Origin: Candidatus Kuenenia stuttgartensis
GTDB lineage: Bacteria; Planctomycetota; Brocadiia; Brocadiales; Brocadiaceae
NCBI RefSeq assembly: GCF_900232105.1
Contig: NZ_LT934425.1
Coordinates: 3,750,001-3,782,000 of the forward strand
Direction of reading: 5' to 3'
Length of the DNA stretch: 32,000 bases
The notes under the pieces were generated by a model, which was not told the DNA's origin, did not search any database, and was given only the letters and a program-made list of their open reading frames with translations. Position 1 is the first letter of the stretch. The number at the start of each line of letters is the position of its first letter. The position numbers were made by a program, and so were the translations under genes. Positions 1 to 9,249 of this stretch are shown here, one piece after another.

Positions 1-90
1 GACTGTTCCGGTAAAAAATGTCCTTATAAATTCATCCTCACGTTTAGGAAATAGCTCTTCCCTGATAGTATCAAAGTTTAAATAAGTTTC

Positions 91-1560
91 ATGTCATCGA
101 CCAAGCCTATCAAGCCACATATTCAATCCACGAAAATCGATACATTATATCCTTCTTACGATGTAATTGTAATTGGAGCGGGTATCGCAGGCCTTATTTG
201 TGCCGCATTTCTTGCTAAAAGCGGGAAAAAGGCACTTCTTATTGAACAGCATTTTATTCCAGGCGGATATTGTACTTCGTTTAAAAGAAAAGGATTTCTT
301 TTTGATGCTGCTGTTCATCACATCGGTGGTTGTGGTAAATGGAGTGTTGTTGGGCGTTGTTTTAAAATGCTCGGGATAGAGATGGATTTTTACCACTTAG
401 ATCCCATGGATAATCTGATTTTTCCAACATTCAGCATTGAAATTCCTGCCGACTTAGACGAATATTTATTACGTTTACAGAAAAGGTATCCACATGAAAA
501 GGACAATATTAAGTGGTTCTTTCAAGACTTTATAAGGCTTTATCGTGCTACATTTCATAATGAAAAAAGTCAGATTATAGAAAAATACAAAGACATGACT
601 TATGGAATGATGCTCGATCATTTTTTTGATGATAGTGAGTTAAAGATGGTTCTTTCTGGGCAGTGGGGTTATGTAGGTTTAGCGCCGTCGAAAGCATCTG
701 CGATTGCCATGTCTCAAATGATGATAAATTATCTTAAAGATGGCGCCTTTTTCCCAAAAGGCGGAACGCAAGAGTTTGCAAATGCAATTTTTAGGAAATT
801 TATTGATTTTGGCGGACACGTTATGTTATCATCCAAAGTCAAAAAAATCTTAAAGAAAGGACCCTCCGTTAACGGTGTTAAATTAAATGATGACAAAGAG
901 ATACATTCGAGCGTTGTTGTGTCGAATATAGATGCAAGACAGACGTTTTATCATTTGTTGAATGATGAAAATGATGTAGATGCGGTGTACCTTAAAAACA
1001 TTGAAGGAATGAAGGAAAGCTGTTCTTTTTTTCTCTTGTATCTGGGAATTGGAAAAGGGATAGATTTAAATACTTTAAAAAGAGGATTTTATTTATCCGG
1101 CTCAAATTTTGACTCTATTGATAGTGAGTGGATGTATATATCTGTTCCAACCAGTATATGCCAGGCCCTTTCCCCTCAAAATAAACAAATAATCTCCATA
1201 GTAGTGTATAAGAAGGAAGAATTTTATAAAAATGTGACGGATTGGGAATTGCTCAAACAAAATATAGTTTCAAGTACTTTGGAGAGACTAGAAAGTTATT
1301 TACCTGATATAAAAAAACATATAGAAATAATAGAGGTGGCTACTCCTAAAACCCTGGAGCGTTACACATTAAATACCAATGGGGCAGCTTATGGCTGGGC
1401 AGTAAGCGTTGATCAAATATGGGAACAAAGGCTTTCGCCGACAACACCAATTAGCGGCCTTTATTTGGCAGGCCATTGGACAAGACCTGGCCCTGGCATA
1501 TGTGCTGTTGTTTCTTCGGGATGGAGTGTTGCTAATTTAATTTTGAAGAATTGGAGGTAA
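91..1560 (+). CDS. FAD-dependent NAD(P)-binding oxidoreductase, phytoene desaturase / carotenoid isomerase (CrtISO)-like
   Basis: 489 aa ORF; N-terminal Rossmann motif DVIVIGAGIAGLICAAFLAKSGKKALLIEQH, plus GGYCTSFKRKGFLFDAAVHHIGG and C-terminal GLYLAGHWTRPGPGICAVVSSG typical of the CrtI/CrtISO family. Confidence 0.85.
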   Translation: MSSTKPIKPHIQSTKIDTLYPSYDVIVIGAGIAGLICAAFLAKSGKKALLIEQHFIPGGYCTSFKRKGFLFDAAVHHIGGCGKWSVVGRCFKMLGIEMDFYHLDPMDNLIFPTFSIEIPADLDEYLLRLQKRYPHEKDNIKWFFQDFIRLYRATFHNEKSQIIEKYKDMTYGMMLDHFFDDSELKMVLSGQWGYVGLAPSKASAIAMSQMMINYLKDGAFFPKGGTQEFANAIFRKFIDFGGHVMLSSKVKKILKKGPSVNGVKLNDDKEIHSSVVVSNIDARQTFYHLLNDENDVDAVYLKNIEGMKESCSFFLLYLGIGKGIDLNTLKRGFYLSGSNFDSIDSEWMYISVPTSICQALSPQNKQIISIVVYKKEEFYKNVTDWELLKQNIVSSTLERLESYLPDIKKHIEIIEVATPKTLERYTLNTNGAAYGWAVSVDQIWEQRLSPTTPISGLYLAGHWTRPGPGICAVVSSGWSVANLILKNWR

Positions 1561-1564
1561 AAAT

Positions 1565-3025
1565 ATGAAAAAAATGATGCTCATTAATCCACATAAGCCC
1601 GGGAGGCATGGAGAAGAGAGTATTACGGTAATTGTTCAGATGCCGTTAAACCTTGCTTATATTAAGGCCCTTACGCCTGGTGATTGGGAATTTGATGTTA
1701 TTGATGAAAATATCGAACTGGCAATTGATGATAATGGCGAACTTACTTTCGCGCCGGTGGACCTTGTTTGTATTACATCAGTGACCTACCAATCTCCCAG
1801 GGCATACAAGATTGCTACTGCATGTAAAAGGAAAGGTATGACCGTAATAATGGGAGGGATACATGCGTCTGTAATGCCTGAAGAGGCTTCAAAGTACGTG
1901 GACACTGTTTTTATTGGTGAGGCAGAGGAAGTCTGGCCACGGGTAATAAAAGACTTTGAAGCAGGAAAGTTAAAGAAGGTTTACGATGGTGGTTTACCGC
2001 CGTTGAATTTGATGAAAAGGGTTTTCCCTGACAGAGAGTTTCTGAGGAAGAAATATAATTATAAGTTTTCTTCTATTGTAACTACGAAGGGGTGCCCGAA
2101 TTATTGTGATTTTTGCAGTGTTCCTACATTTCAGGGAAGAAAATTCAGGGAAAGACCTTATGAAGATGTGTTGGAAGAGTTAGCGGCGACTGATTATAAG
2201 GGACTCATGCTGGCAGAAGATAATTTTTACGGACATGGGAAGCGGTCAAATGAAAGAGCGAGAAATCTTTTTAAAGGCATGGTTGAGCGTAATCTTCAAA
2301 AAGATTGGCTAGGGTTTACTGCTTTAAATATTTCGCAGGATAAGGAAACATTAGATTATATGGCGAAAAGCGGTTGTTTTGGCATGCTTATGGGCATAGA
2401 GTCGACCAATGAAACCGTTTTAGAAAAAATGAATAAACAGGTAAATTTAAAGCTGGGCACAGAGAGCTATTATGATTGTATTCAGAAAATACATGATGCG
2501 GGTTTGGTCACCTGGGGTTCGGTGGTTTTTGGGGCTGACGGAGACGGTAAAGATTCTTTTAAAAGGATGACCGATTTTATATTGGAAAATAACATAGACA
2601 TTTTGACTTTCGGCATTAACTGTCCTTTTCCAAAAACGCAGTTGTATAAAAGGTTGGATTCGGAAAAGAGAATATTCAGGAAAAACTATCCGGATGATTG
2701 GGAATATTATGATACAGCACATGTTGTCCATCGGTTGGTGGATATGACATTGGAGGATTTTATAGAAGGAATGCAATATGTTTATGATCATATCTATGCA
2801 GGAGATAATTTGAGAAAACGTTTTAGAAATTCTATTAAAACGACGAACAATCCCAGAAATTCCATGTTTGCTTTTCGGGTAGGTTCTGACTGGCAACAGG
2901 TATTCGATCAGGTATTGGAAAATTTAAGATTATTATATGATTCCGGCGATTATTATAAAGATTATTATAAATCAAATTCTGTGTCTGTATCGAAGAAACC
3001 ACTGGTAGAAAGCATCACCACATAA
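1565..3025 (+). CDS. B12-binding-domain radical SAM protein
   Basis: 486 aa ORF; N-terminal cobalamin-binding-like region, then GCPNYCDFC (CxxxCxxC) radical SAM motif; starts 4 nt after the upstream stop. Confidence 0.9.
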   Translation: MKKMMLINPHKPGRHGEESITVIVQMPLNLAYIKALTPGDWEFDVIDENIELAIDDNGELTFAPVDLVCITSVTYQSPRAYKIATACKRKGMTVIMGGIHASVMPEEASKYVDTVFIGEAEEVWPRVIKDFEAGKLKKVYDGGLPPLNLMKRVFPDREFLRKKYNYKFSSIVTTKGCPNYCDFCSVPTFQGRKFRERPYEDVLEELAATDYKGLMLAEDNFYGHGKRSNERARNLFKGMVERNLQKDWLGFTALNISQDKETLDYMAKSGCFGMLMGIESTNETVLEKMNKQVNLKLGTESYYDCIQKIHDAGLVTWGSVVFGADGDGKDSFKRMTDFILENNIDILTFGINCPFPKTQLYKRLDSEKRIFRKNYPDDWEYYDTAHVVHRLVDMTLEDFIEGMQYVYDHIYAGDNLRKRFRNSIKTTNNPRNSMFAFRVGSDWQQVFDQVLENLRLLYDSGDYYKDYYKSNSVSVSKKPLVESITT

Positions 3026-3083
3026 AAACAAGGTATTTTTGGATATTTAATACAAAGTAAACGTGTAGGAAAGGAGATATGAA

Positions 3084-3212
3084 ATGATAGGCAAATTATT
3101 GTCTTTATCTATGGAAAAATCAATTATTCCGGATGTAAGCCCAAAATTTATTCTGATTGTTACAATAGCCCTTATCTTTGTGATACTATTTGCATGGAAA
3201 AAGGAGGAATAA
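3084..3212 (+). CDS. Small single-pass membrane protein (42 aa), not in supplied ORF track
   Basis: ATG at 3084 preceded by AAAGGAGAT; translation MIGKLLSLSMEKSIIPDVSPKFILIVTIALIFVILFAWKKEE*; stop directly abuts the next CDS and its 3' end carries AAGGAGG. Confidence 0.7.
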   Translation: MIGKLLSLSMEKSIIPDVSPKFILIVTIALIFVILFAWKKEE

Positions 3213-4637
3213 TTGCCTGTGAGCAACTCTGCCTTTGATCTTGCAATCATTGGAGGTGGGCCTGCCGGTTATGTTGCGGCAATAAAAGCCGCTCAGTCCG
3301 GCTTAAAAACTGCTTTAATCGAAAAAGAGAAAGTTGGCGGCACATGTCTGCATAAGGGTTGTATTCCCACAAAAACGCTGTTGTACTCTGCGGAACTTTA
3401 CAGAAAGTTTGCTAATGCAGGTGAATATGGAATCACTACCGGCAGTTTGAATGTCGATTATCCTCTAATACATCGGCGCAAAGAATATGTTGTTAAACGC
3501 TTGTTTCAGGGAGTTCAGTCCCTTTTAAAAAAAAATGGTGTCGATGTCTTCAGCGCCGAAGGGCGTATCATATCTAATCAGGAAGTTTCAATAGTCAGCG
3601 ATGGTATAGAAACAAACCGAATAAAGGTAAAAAATATTATACTTGCCACGGGTTCTGCTCCTTTCATTCCAAAAAACATACCTTATGATAAAAAATATGT
3701 ACTTACCAGCGATGATATTCTATTGCGGGAAGAAATTCCAAAATCGATAATTATTGTCGGTGGAGGTGCGGTTGGGATTGAATTTGCCTGTCTTTTTAAT
3801 GCATTTGGGACAGAGGTTACGGTTTTGGAACTTTTGGAAGATATACTACCTTCCGAAGATAAAGAAATCAACGGAACTGTGAAAAACCTGCTTATACGTA
3901 GAGGGGTAAATGTTTTGACCCAAACCTCTTTGGAAAAAGTAGAAATAGAGAATGGCGTTAAATTAGAGATTAAAGGTGTTAACGATATTTCCGGTAATAG
4001 AGAATTTTTACATGCGGATTTGTTATTACTGGCTGCCGGAAGAGTACCTCTGCTGGATAATATCGGGATAGAAGAAATGTCGTTAAATTTTGACGGACAA
4101 TATTTAAGGACGAATGAAGGCATGGAAACAAGCCAGAGAGGGGTTTATGCAATAGGCGATATTACGGGAGCGCCGCTTCTTGCGCATAAAGCAATAAATG
4201 AAGGCATCTTGTCAGTAACGCATCTTACAGGGAAAGATATGCACATCATAAACCGTAAAAATATCCCAAGAGTTGTTTACAGTTTTCCGCAGGTAGCGAG
4301 TATTGGTCTTACACAAAAAGAGGCGGAGGAAATGGGTTACAAGGTGAAAATCGGAAAATTTCCTTTTGCCGCGAACAGTATGGCAATAATTGAAGGAGAA
4401 TCATTGGATGGTTTTGTTAAAATTGTTTCGGAAGAAAAATATGGTGAAATTCTTGGAGTGCATGCAATAGGTCATCACGTCGGAGAATGGATGTGGGGAC
4501 TTTCGCTTAACTCTATTTTAGAAGGTACGGTTCAGGAAGTATCAAATGCTATATTCCCTCACCCTACTCTATCAGAGGCTTTATTCGAGGCCGCTCATTC
4601 AATAGTTGATAAACCTATATGCAACGCTGTTGAATAA
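3213..4637 (+). CDS. lpdA: Dihydrolipoyl dehydrogenase (E3-like flavoprotein disulfide reductase)
   Basis: 474 aa; FAD motif DLAIIGGGPAGYVAAIKAAQ, redox motif GGTCLHKGCIPTK, C-terminal HPHPTLSE-like IFPHPTLSEALFEAAH. Start is TTG 3213 or GTG 3219. Confidence 0.9.
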   Translation: MPVSNSAFDLAIIGGGPAGYVAAIKAAQSGLKTALIEKEKVGGTCLHKGCIPTKTLLYSAELYRKFANAGEYGITTGSLNVDYPLIHRRKEYVVKRLFQGVQSLLKKNGVDVFSAEGRIISNQEVSIVSDGIETNRIKVKNIILATGSAPFIPKNIPYDKKYVLTSDDILLREEIPKSIIIVGGGAVGIEFACLFNAFGTEVTVLELLEDILPSEDKEINGTVKNLLIRRGVNVLTQTSLEKVEIENGVKLEIKGVNDISGNREFLHADLLLLAAGRVPLLDNIGIEEMSLNFDGQYLRTNEGMETSQRGVYAIGDITGAPLLAHKAINEGILSVTHLTGKDMHIINRKNIPRVVYSFPQVASIGLTQKEAEEMGYKVKIGKFPFAANSMAIIEGESLDGFVKIVSEEKYGEILGVHAIGHHVGEWMWGLSLNSILEGTVQEVSNAIFPHPTLSEALFEAAHSIVDKPICNAVE

Positions 4638-4951
4638 CTACTCATGAACACTACACTAAGGATTTCAAGAAGGTTTTTCTTTGCAACTCCTGATCTTTCC
4701 TATTGTCAAAACATTTACACTGACGTAGTATCTGTGCCAGAAAGGATGGTGTATGAAAAACTTACTGTGCCATCATGGTCTCGGATGCGGCGGTGATACA
4801 ATATCTTTGCCTGAATGCAGAAGAACCTGATTTTTTAACTACTCTTGAGATGCTTGACATAAACGCTTGGCACCCATCGCTCTCTCTTGAAACTAATCTT
4901 TACCCACAAATTTCAAGAGCACCGTAGTTGTACGGCCAATTGAGCTGAAGG

Positions 4952-6885
4952 CTAAGTGGTGTAAAGTTCGTAAGCAACTTCAATATCAGCCAAACGTGAC
5001 ATGCCTCGCCAAAGTACTTCACTTCCGGGATGGCCATCACCACGGCGACCCAGATGACCGCCAAGTTTACCTAAAAGCCGCACGGCATCATTGAGGCTTG
5101 GAGGTAAATCAGGAGGCTCCTTGACCTTGTTCGCAAAAGTTGTCAATGCTTTCCATTCAGAATCGCTGAAGTAGACAGTACAAGGGACATCAGGTGTTTC
5201 TTGTCCTAAAGTAGTCAGGTAATGGATACGCCAAGCTATAATCATATCAATGGCCAAAGCGTTGCACAGACGACGGGCACTCTCCAACTGCCGGGACTCG
5301 ACACGACAACCGCTCTTGATAATACGATGATAACACTCAATACCCCATCGGCGAGCATACCATTCCAAACGTTCGTAAGCATCTTTTTCATGCTTAACCG
5401 CAACTGTAGTTAACAGCATCCATTCTAACCCATCAATTCCGATAGGCGGATTGACTTCCTGCGCCAGCACCGCCCACACCCTGACCGCAGGCATATTCTT
5501 TTTTAGCATAGGTGGGCGTAGCGTAACAGGCACCGTTCGTACCATAAGTATTGCCTGACGTGCGGAGCGTTTCTCACTCGGAGGTATCAATATTTCGCGG
5601 GTACCTATAACCGGTTGCTGTTCCAGTTTAGTCCACAAAAACTCGCATGATTCTTTATCATCAACAACCGTTCTATTGCGCGAACGTTCTGCACGGATCA
5701 GCAACTGAGCGCCATCAGGCGTATTATACTGCTCAGCGAATACCTCGTGAATATCGGCCTCACGATCTGCCACAACCACCAGCAAAGATTTGTTTCGACA
5801 GCGTTTCTGTACTTGCGATACTGCATGGTAACTCTCCACCCATTTCCAGCTTTCCTTCTCTTCGATAGGCTTCTTGTGTCGTTCATGTTTGCTGCCTATT
5901 CCGTCCCGCGCCCAGCATTGCACATTCAGAAGTCCCAAGGGTGTGCCACTTTCAGTAAACGCCATCGTATCATGCACCATCAGTCCACGAACTTTTTTAC
6001 TCTTAGTACCTATCGGTCCTAACCCCTGCGTATTCGGATGTGTGCTATAATTCAGAGTCGTAGTATCTTGCGCTACCAAAACCAAACTATTCTCCTTCAC
6101 ACGCTCTTCCGTGGCCTCATAATGAGCTTGCAATATCGCCTTCCAATCTACATTCTCATTGTCAAGGAATCGGTATGCAGCCTTAGTCGCACTGACTGAA
6201 CCGCACGCCTGCGGAATGTTTGCCAAAGGTTTGTCATAAAACATACCTGTCATTTCTAAAAGTCTTGATGTCAATCGTGCATCGCCCAATTTTGTTCCTC
6301 CAAGTTCCGCCTCTATCCAATCCCGAGGCTCTTTTTGTGCCACTCTTTGGCGAACATGTACTTTGCCATCGGCACAACAACACAACACCGCCTGCCATTT
6401 CTTTTGCAACGGCATAACATAAACGTCTTTGACCGTTGCCCCTGTTCCTTTTCGCCCTCGACCTTCCGTGCCTCCTACATACTTCCAGTTAGCTGCCCGA
6501 TAACAGCTTCCGGAAAACCGTCCTCGTTCCACATAGGTTTCTAAAAGTACAGGACGATATTTATACACTCTTTCCCCATCATCAACCAAACGTGTTTGGC
6601 ATTTTGCCAATACATGCGATGCCAAACATTTTACTCTTACCGTAGGCGCTATTAAATACCGACTGTTATTGATAACAAACGTATGATTCCGCTTACGTGC
6701 TTCCTCCGTCCATCCTATCCACTCGTCGCGACTTTCCACCCGTCTGGCACAGGCACTATAACTTAGCCCTCCTATCCATCCGTAATGTTCACTGCGTACA
6801 AGATACCGAAGTTGCGCCCCGCATAGGGGCCCACTTCCAAGATAATGATGCGCTTCTAACATGCTACGCCAAAGTTTCGAATGGA
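4952..6885 (-). pseudogene. C-terminal portion of DruA/DUF4338 + Tn5-like (IS4 family) DDE transposase
   Basis: The protein listed as '+' 4952..6862 is actually the reverse-strand translation (rc of 6862.. is ATGTTAGAAGCGCATCATTATCTT = MLEAHHYL). Reading continues upstream in frame as RVTTRFHSKLWRSMLEAHHYLGSGPLCGAQLRYLV. Contains VLVAQDTTTLNY, VVADREADIHEVF and YARRWGIECYHRIIKSG transposase motifs. Confidence 0.85.
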
Positions 6886-7050
6886 ATCTCGTTGTAACCC
6901 TTAGCTGGTAGGTTGGAGGCCATTAGCCTCCAACCCCCACTCGTCGCCAGATACTTTGGACAACGTGACAAAGCATCCTTTTTAAACCATACGTCTTTCT
7001 CGTAGTTAGCGACCCCGACGTGTTGCTCTATAACAGAGAAAAGTCAAACA

Positions 7051-8241
7051 TCATGCTTTAGCACACGCCTTAAGAAATTCTCTTTCGAATGAGAGTAACC
7101 CCATTTTAAAGAATCGGTGAACAGGGAAACGCTTGTTGTCTGTTCTCCATTTTCTTGAGAACTTGAAACATCTCAGTCTCATGCGTACCCAACAGTCTAA
7201 TGAGCGATATACCTTTTGTACATTGCCCAGCCGAAAATAGTTGACATGCCCACGAATTACAGGGTTTAATGTATCAACAATGGCTTGCAGATTGACGCCC
7301 TGTGTACGTCTGGTGATGTCTCTGATGTTGTTCCTTCGGCAGGCTCAGGACAGGCTCTTGAGTTTGTTCAGTGATTTCGTGCTTATACCCTTATACTTGC
7401 CCTTGAAATCGTATCCGAGAAACCTGAAACCTCTTTCGAAGTTGGTGAGCTTGGTTTTATCCTCGCTCAGCTTCATTCCAAGTTTCCCTGCAATGATTTC
7501 TTTGACATAGCTGAGGGCGGCTGGGAGTTCATCTTTTGTTTCAGTCATGACAACGAAATCATCGGCGTATCGGACAAACTTATATCCAGCCTTTTCAAGT
7601 TCCTTGTCGATGATGTCACCGATAAGGTTTGCAAGCAAAGGGGAAATGACGCCTCCTTGCGGAGTGCCTTTGTTTGTCTCGTGCACGATGCCGTCCTCCA
7701 TGACCCCTGCTTTGAGCATGTTCTCAATACTGTTCAAAACCCATCCATCAGCGATTTTCTCACGTAAGGAGTCCATAATAAGCTTATGGGGTATGGTGTC
7801 ATAGAATGCCATTATATCGGCATCAAGGACGCTGGTATACCCTTCCTGCTTATACTGTTCAAGCCGTTTGATAGCATCGTGACAGCATCTGTCAGGGCGA
7901 AATCCAAAGCTGTTATCTGAGAATCCTTTCTCAAATATTGGCTCTATGATTTGCCTGAATGCCTGCTGTACAATCCTGTCCTTAACAATGGGAATGCCAA
8001 GAGGTCTCTTGTCATGCCTGCCTTTGGGGATGTATACCCGCAGGACAGGCGCAGGGTTGTATATGGCAGTCTTGAGTTCCTGATGGATACTCATGATATT
8101 CACATCAAGATTGGACTCAAATTGCTTAATACTTACCCTGTCAAGACCAGCTTTGCCTTTATTCTTCTTTACGTGTTTGAAAGCAGCATAAAGGTTTTTC
8201 AGACTAAACACCTTGTCTCTTAATGAATGATACTTAAGCAT
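7051..8241 (-). pseudogene. ltrA: Group II intron-type reverse transcriptase/maturase, interrupted by an in-frame TGA (7345-7347)
   Basis: RT motifs GLDRVSIKQFE, DADIMAFYDTI, GTPQGGVISPLLANL, FVRYADDFVVM, plus C-terminal maturase part NNIRDITRRTQGVNLQAIVDTLNPVIRGHVNYFRLGNVQKVYRSLDCWVRMRLRCFKFSRKW..FEREFLKACAKA* downstream of the stop in the same frame. Confidence 0.85.
7332..7357. repeat. Short dispersed-repeat-like insert TCCTTCGGCAGGCTCAGGACAGGCTC inside the RT gene
   Basis: Directly visible between KLK and NIRDITRRTQG in the RT ORF; carries the premature TGA. Confidence 0.7.
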
Positions 8242-8979
8242 CTCTCGATATATTCCTTTCGATTGATTACGGATAATAGACTTGTCAATCGTGTTTCCTG
8301 GGTACGGATTCTCCCAAACATAGGCAAAAACAAGAGAGGCTCTTGTTACTGCTTACCTACGCAAAAGAGTTTCTTTTCTCATTGAACGTATTCAATCTAC
8401 CACTTTCATCAATTCCACTACGGTTATGCCCCTTTCATTTCCGATTCACACCGGAAACTATTATGAGCAATGCTGACGACTTCAAAGATAGACTTGTGAG
8501 AGAAGCTTGTCTATCACCATCTCATACAGCTCGGACTTCGGAATTTCCTTATACCTTGCTGTTAGGGAATTTTGCCCAAGGCGTAAGTCCTCCCCCGGTC
8601 ATATGGATTACCCCTTTTCCCTTCGTGATGTATGTTCAAACGCATTAACCAGAGATGGTTTTACTTAATCTGTTTATCCATCTCCAACAAAGGACATTGT
8701 CAGTGCTTCGCTGAGAAATGGCAGTTGGCACGGAATAACACGCCACACTCATACACCCCAAAAGGTCGTCTGTACCTCGTAACTCCGTCATACCCCTCAC
8801 GGGTATATGCTATCTTTCTACGCATACGGATTGCTCCATTGTGTGCGCATAGGCACAAACTTCTCTACGAGGATTAGGCTCGCAGAGGTGGTATTTTCAA
8901 CCACTCAGGTATTCCATACTTCAAGGCACTCAGAATCTCTACGTCCCCCCAACTCCGCTAGCTCGCATGACACTTCCGC

Positions 8980-9249
8980 AATCGGAGGCGCCTCCGCAGG
9001 TTTATTGACTTTTTGAAATGCATAATGCTTGTTCACCTTTGGAAGATTGATCTCTTTACGACGATCCAATTCCAACAACGCCTTGCGACAACTCATCTCT
9101 TGCAAACGGCCCGCTTGATTCCTCCAGTCCATCCATTCACATACCAGACGCGACAGTTTACGACGCGATAGGCACGGTTCCTTTTGGATAGTTTCTGATA
9201 AACGCTTTATTACATCATCTGAAAATATTCGACCTCCTACTCTAAGCAT
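8980..9249 (-). pseudogene. N-terminal portion of the DruA/DUF4338-transposase ORF
   Basis: MLRVGGRIFSDDVIKRLSETIQKEPCLSRRKLSRLVCEWMDWRNQAGRLQEMSCRKALLELDRRKEINLP..VSCELAELG matches the DUF4338 N-terminal helical region; the track start at 9345 extends outside the IS. Confidence 0.7.

Larger units (their letters stand above)
6890..8980 (-). mobile_element. Group II intron-like retroelement (approximate borders) inserted in the DruA-transposase ORF
   Basis: Splits the DUF4338 domain between ..VSCELAELG (N part, ~8960-8980) and RVTTRFHSKLWRSMLEAHHYLG (C part, ~6890). Has ~700 nt non-coding upstream of the RT, RT ORF, then ~150 nt ending in a strong hairpin GGTTGGAGGC-TAATG-GCCTCCAACC. Domain V not recognised by eye. 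Confidence 0.55.

Noticed and set aside
3047-3250. 67-aa + strand ORF (MIARSKAELLTGNYSS...).
   Set aside because: Out of frame with the better-supported 42-aa ORF at 3084-3212 that has an SD and a transmembrane helix; it also overlaps the lpdA start.
5222-6897. Several + strand ORFs of 61-91 aa across the transposase gene.
   Set aside because: All antisense to the minus-strand transposase ORF, with no SD or domain support.
7241-7510. + strand ORF MTCPRITGFNVST...LRQAQDRLLS... and other ORFs antisense to the RT.
   Set aside because: Antisense shadow of the RT gene; LRQAQDRL is a translation of the short repeat, not a protein feature.
8343-9016. + strand ORFs 8343-8648, 8632-8877 and 8807-9016.
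   Set aside because: No protein-family signal; better explained as non-coding RNA/intron sequence upstream of the RT.
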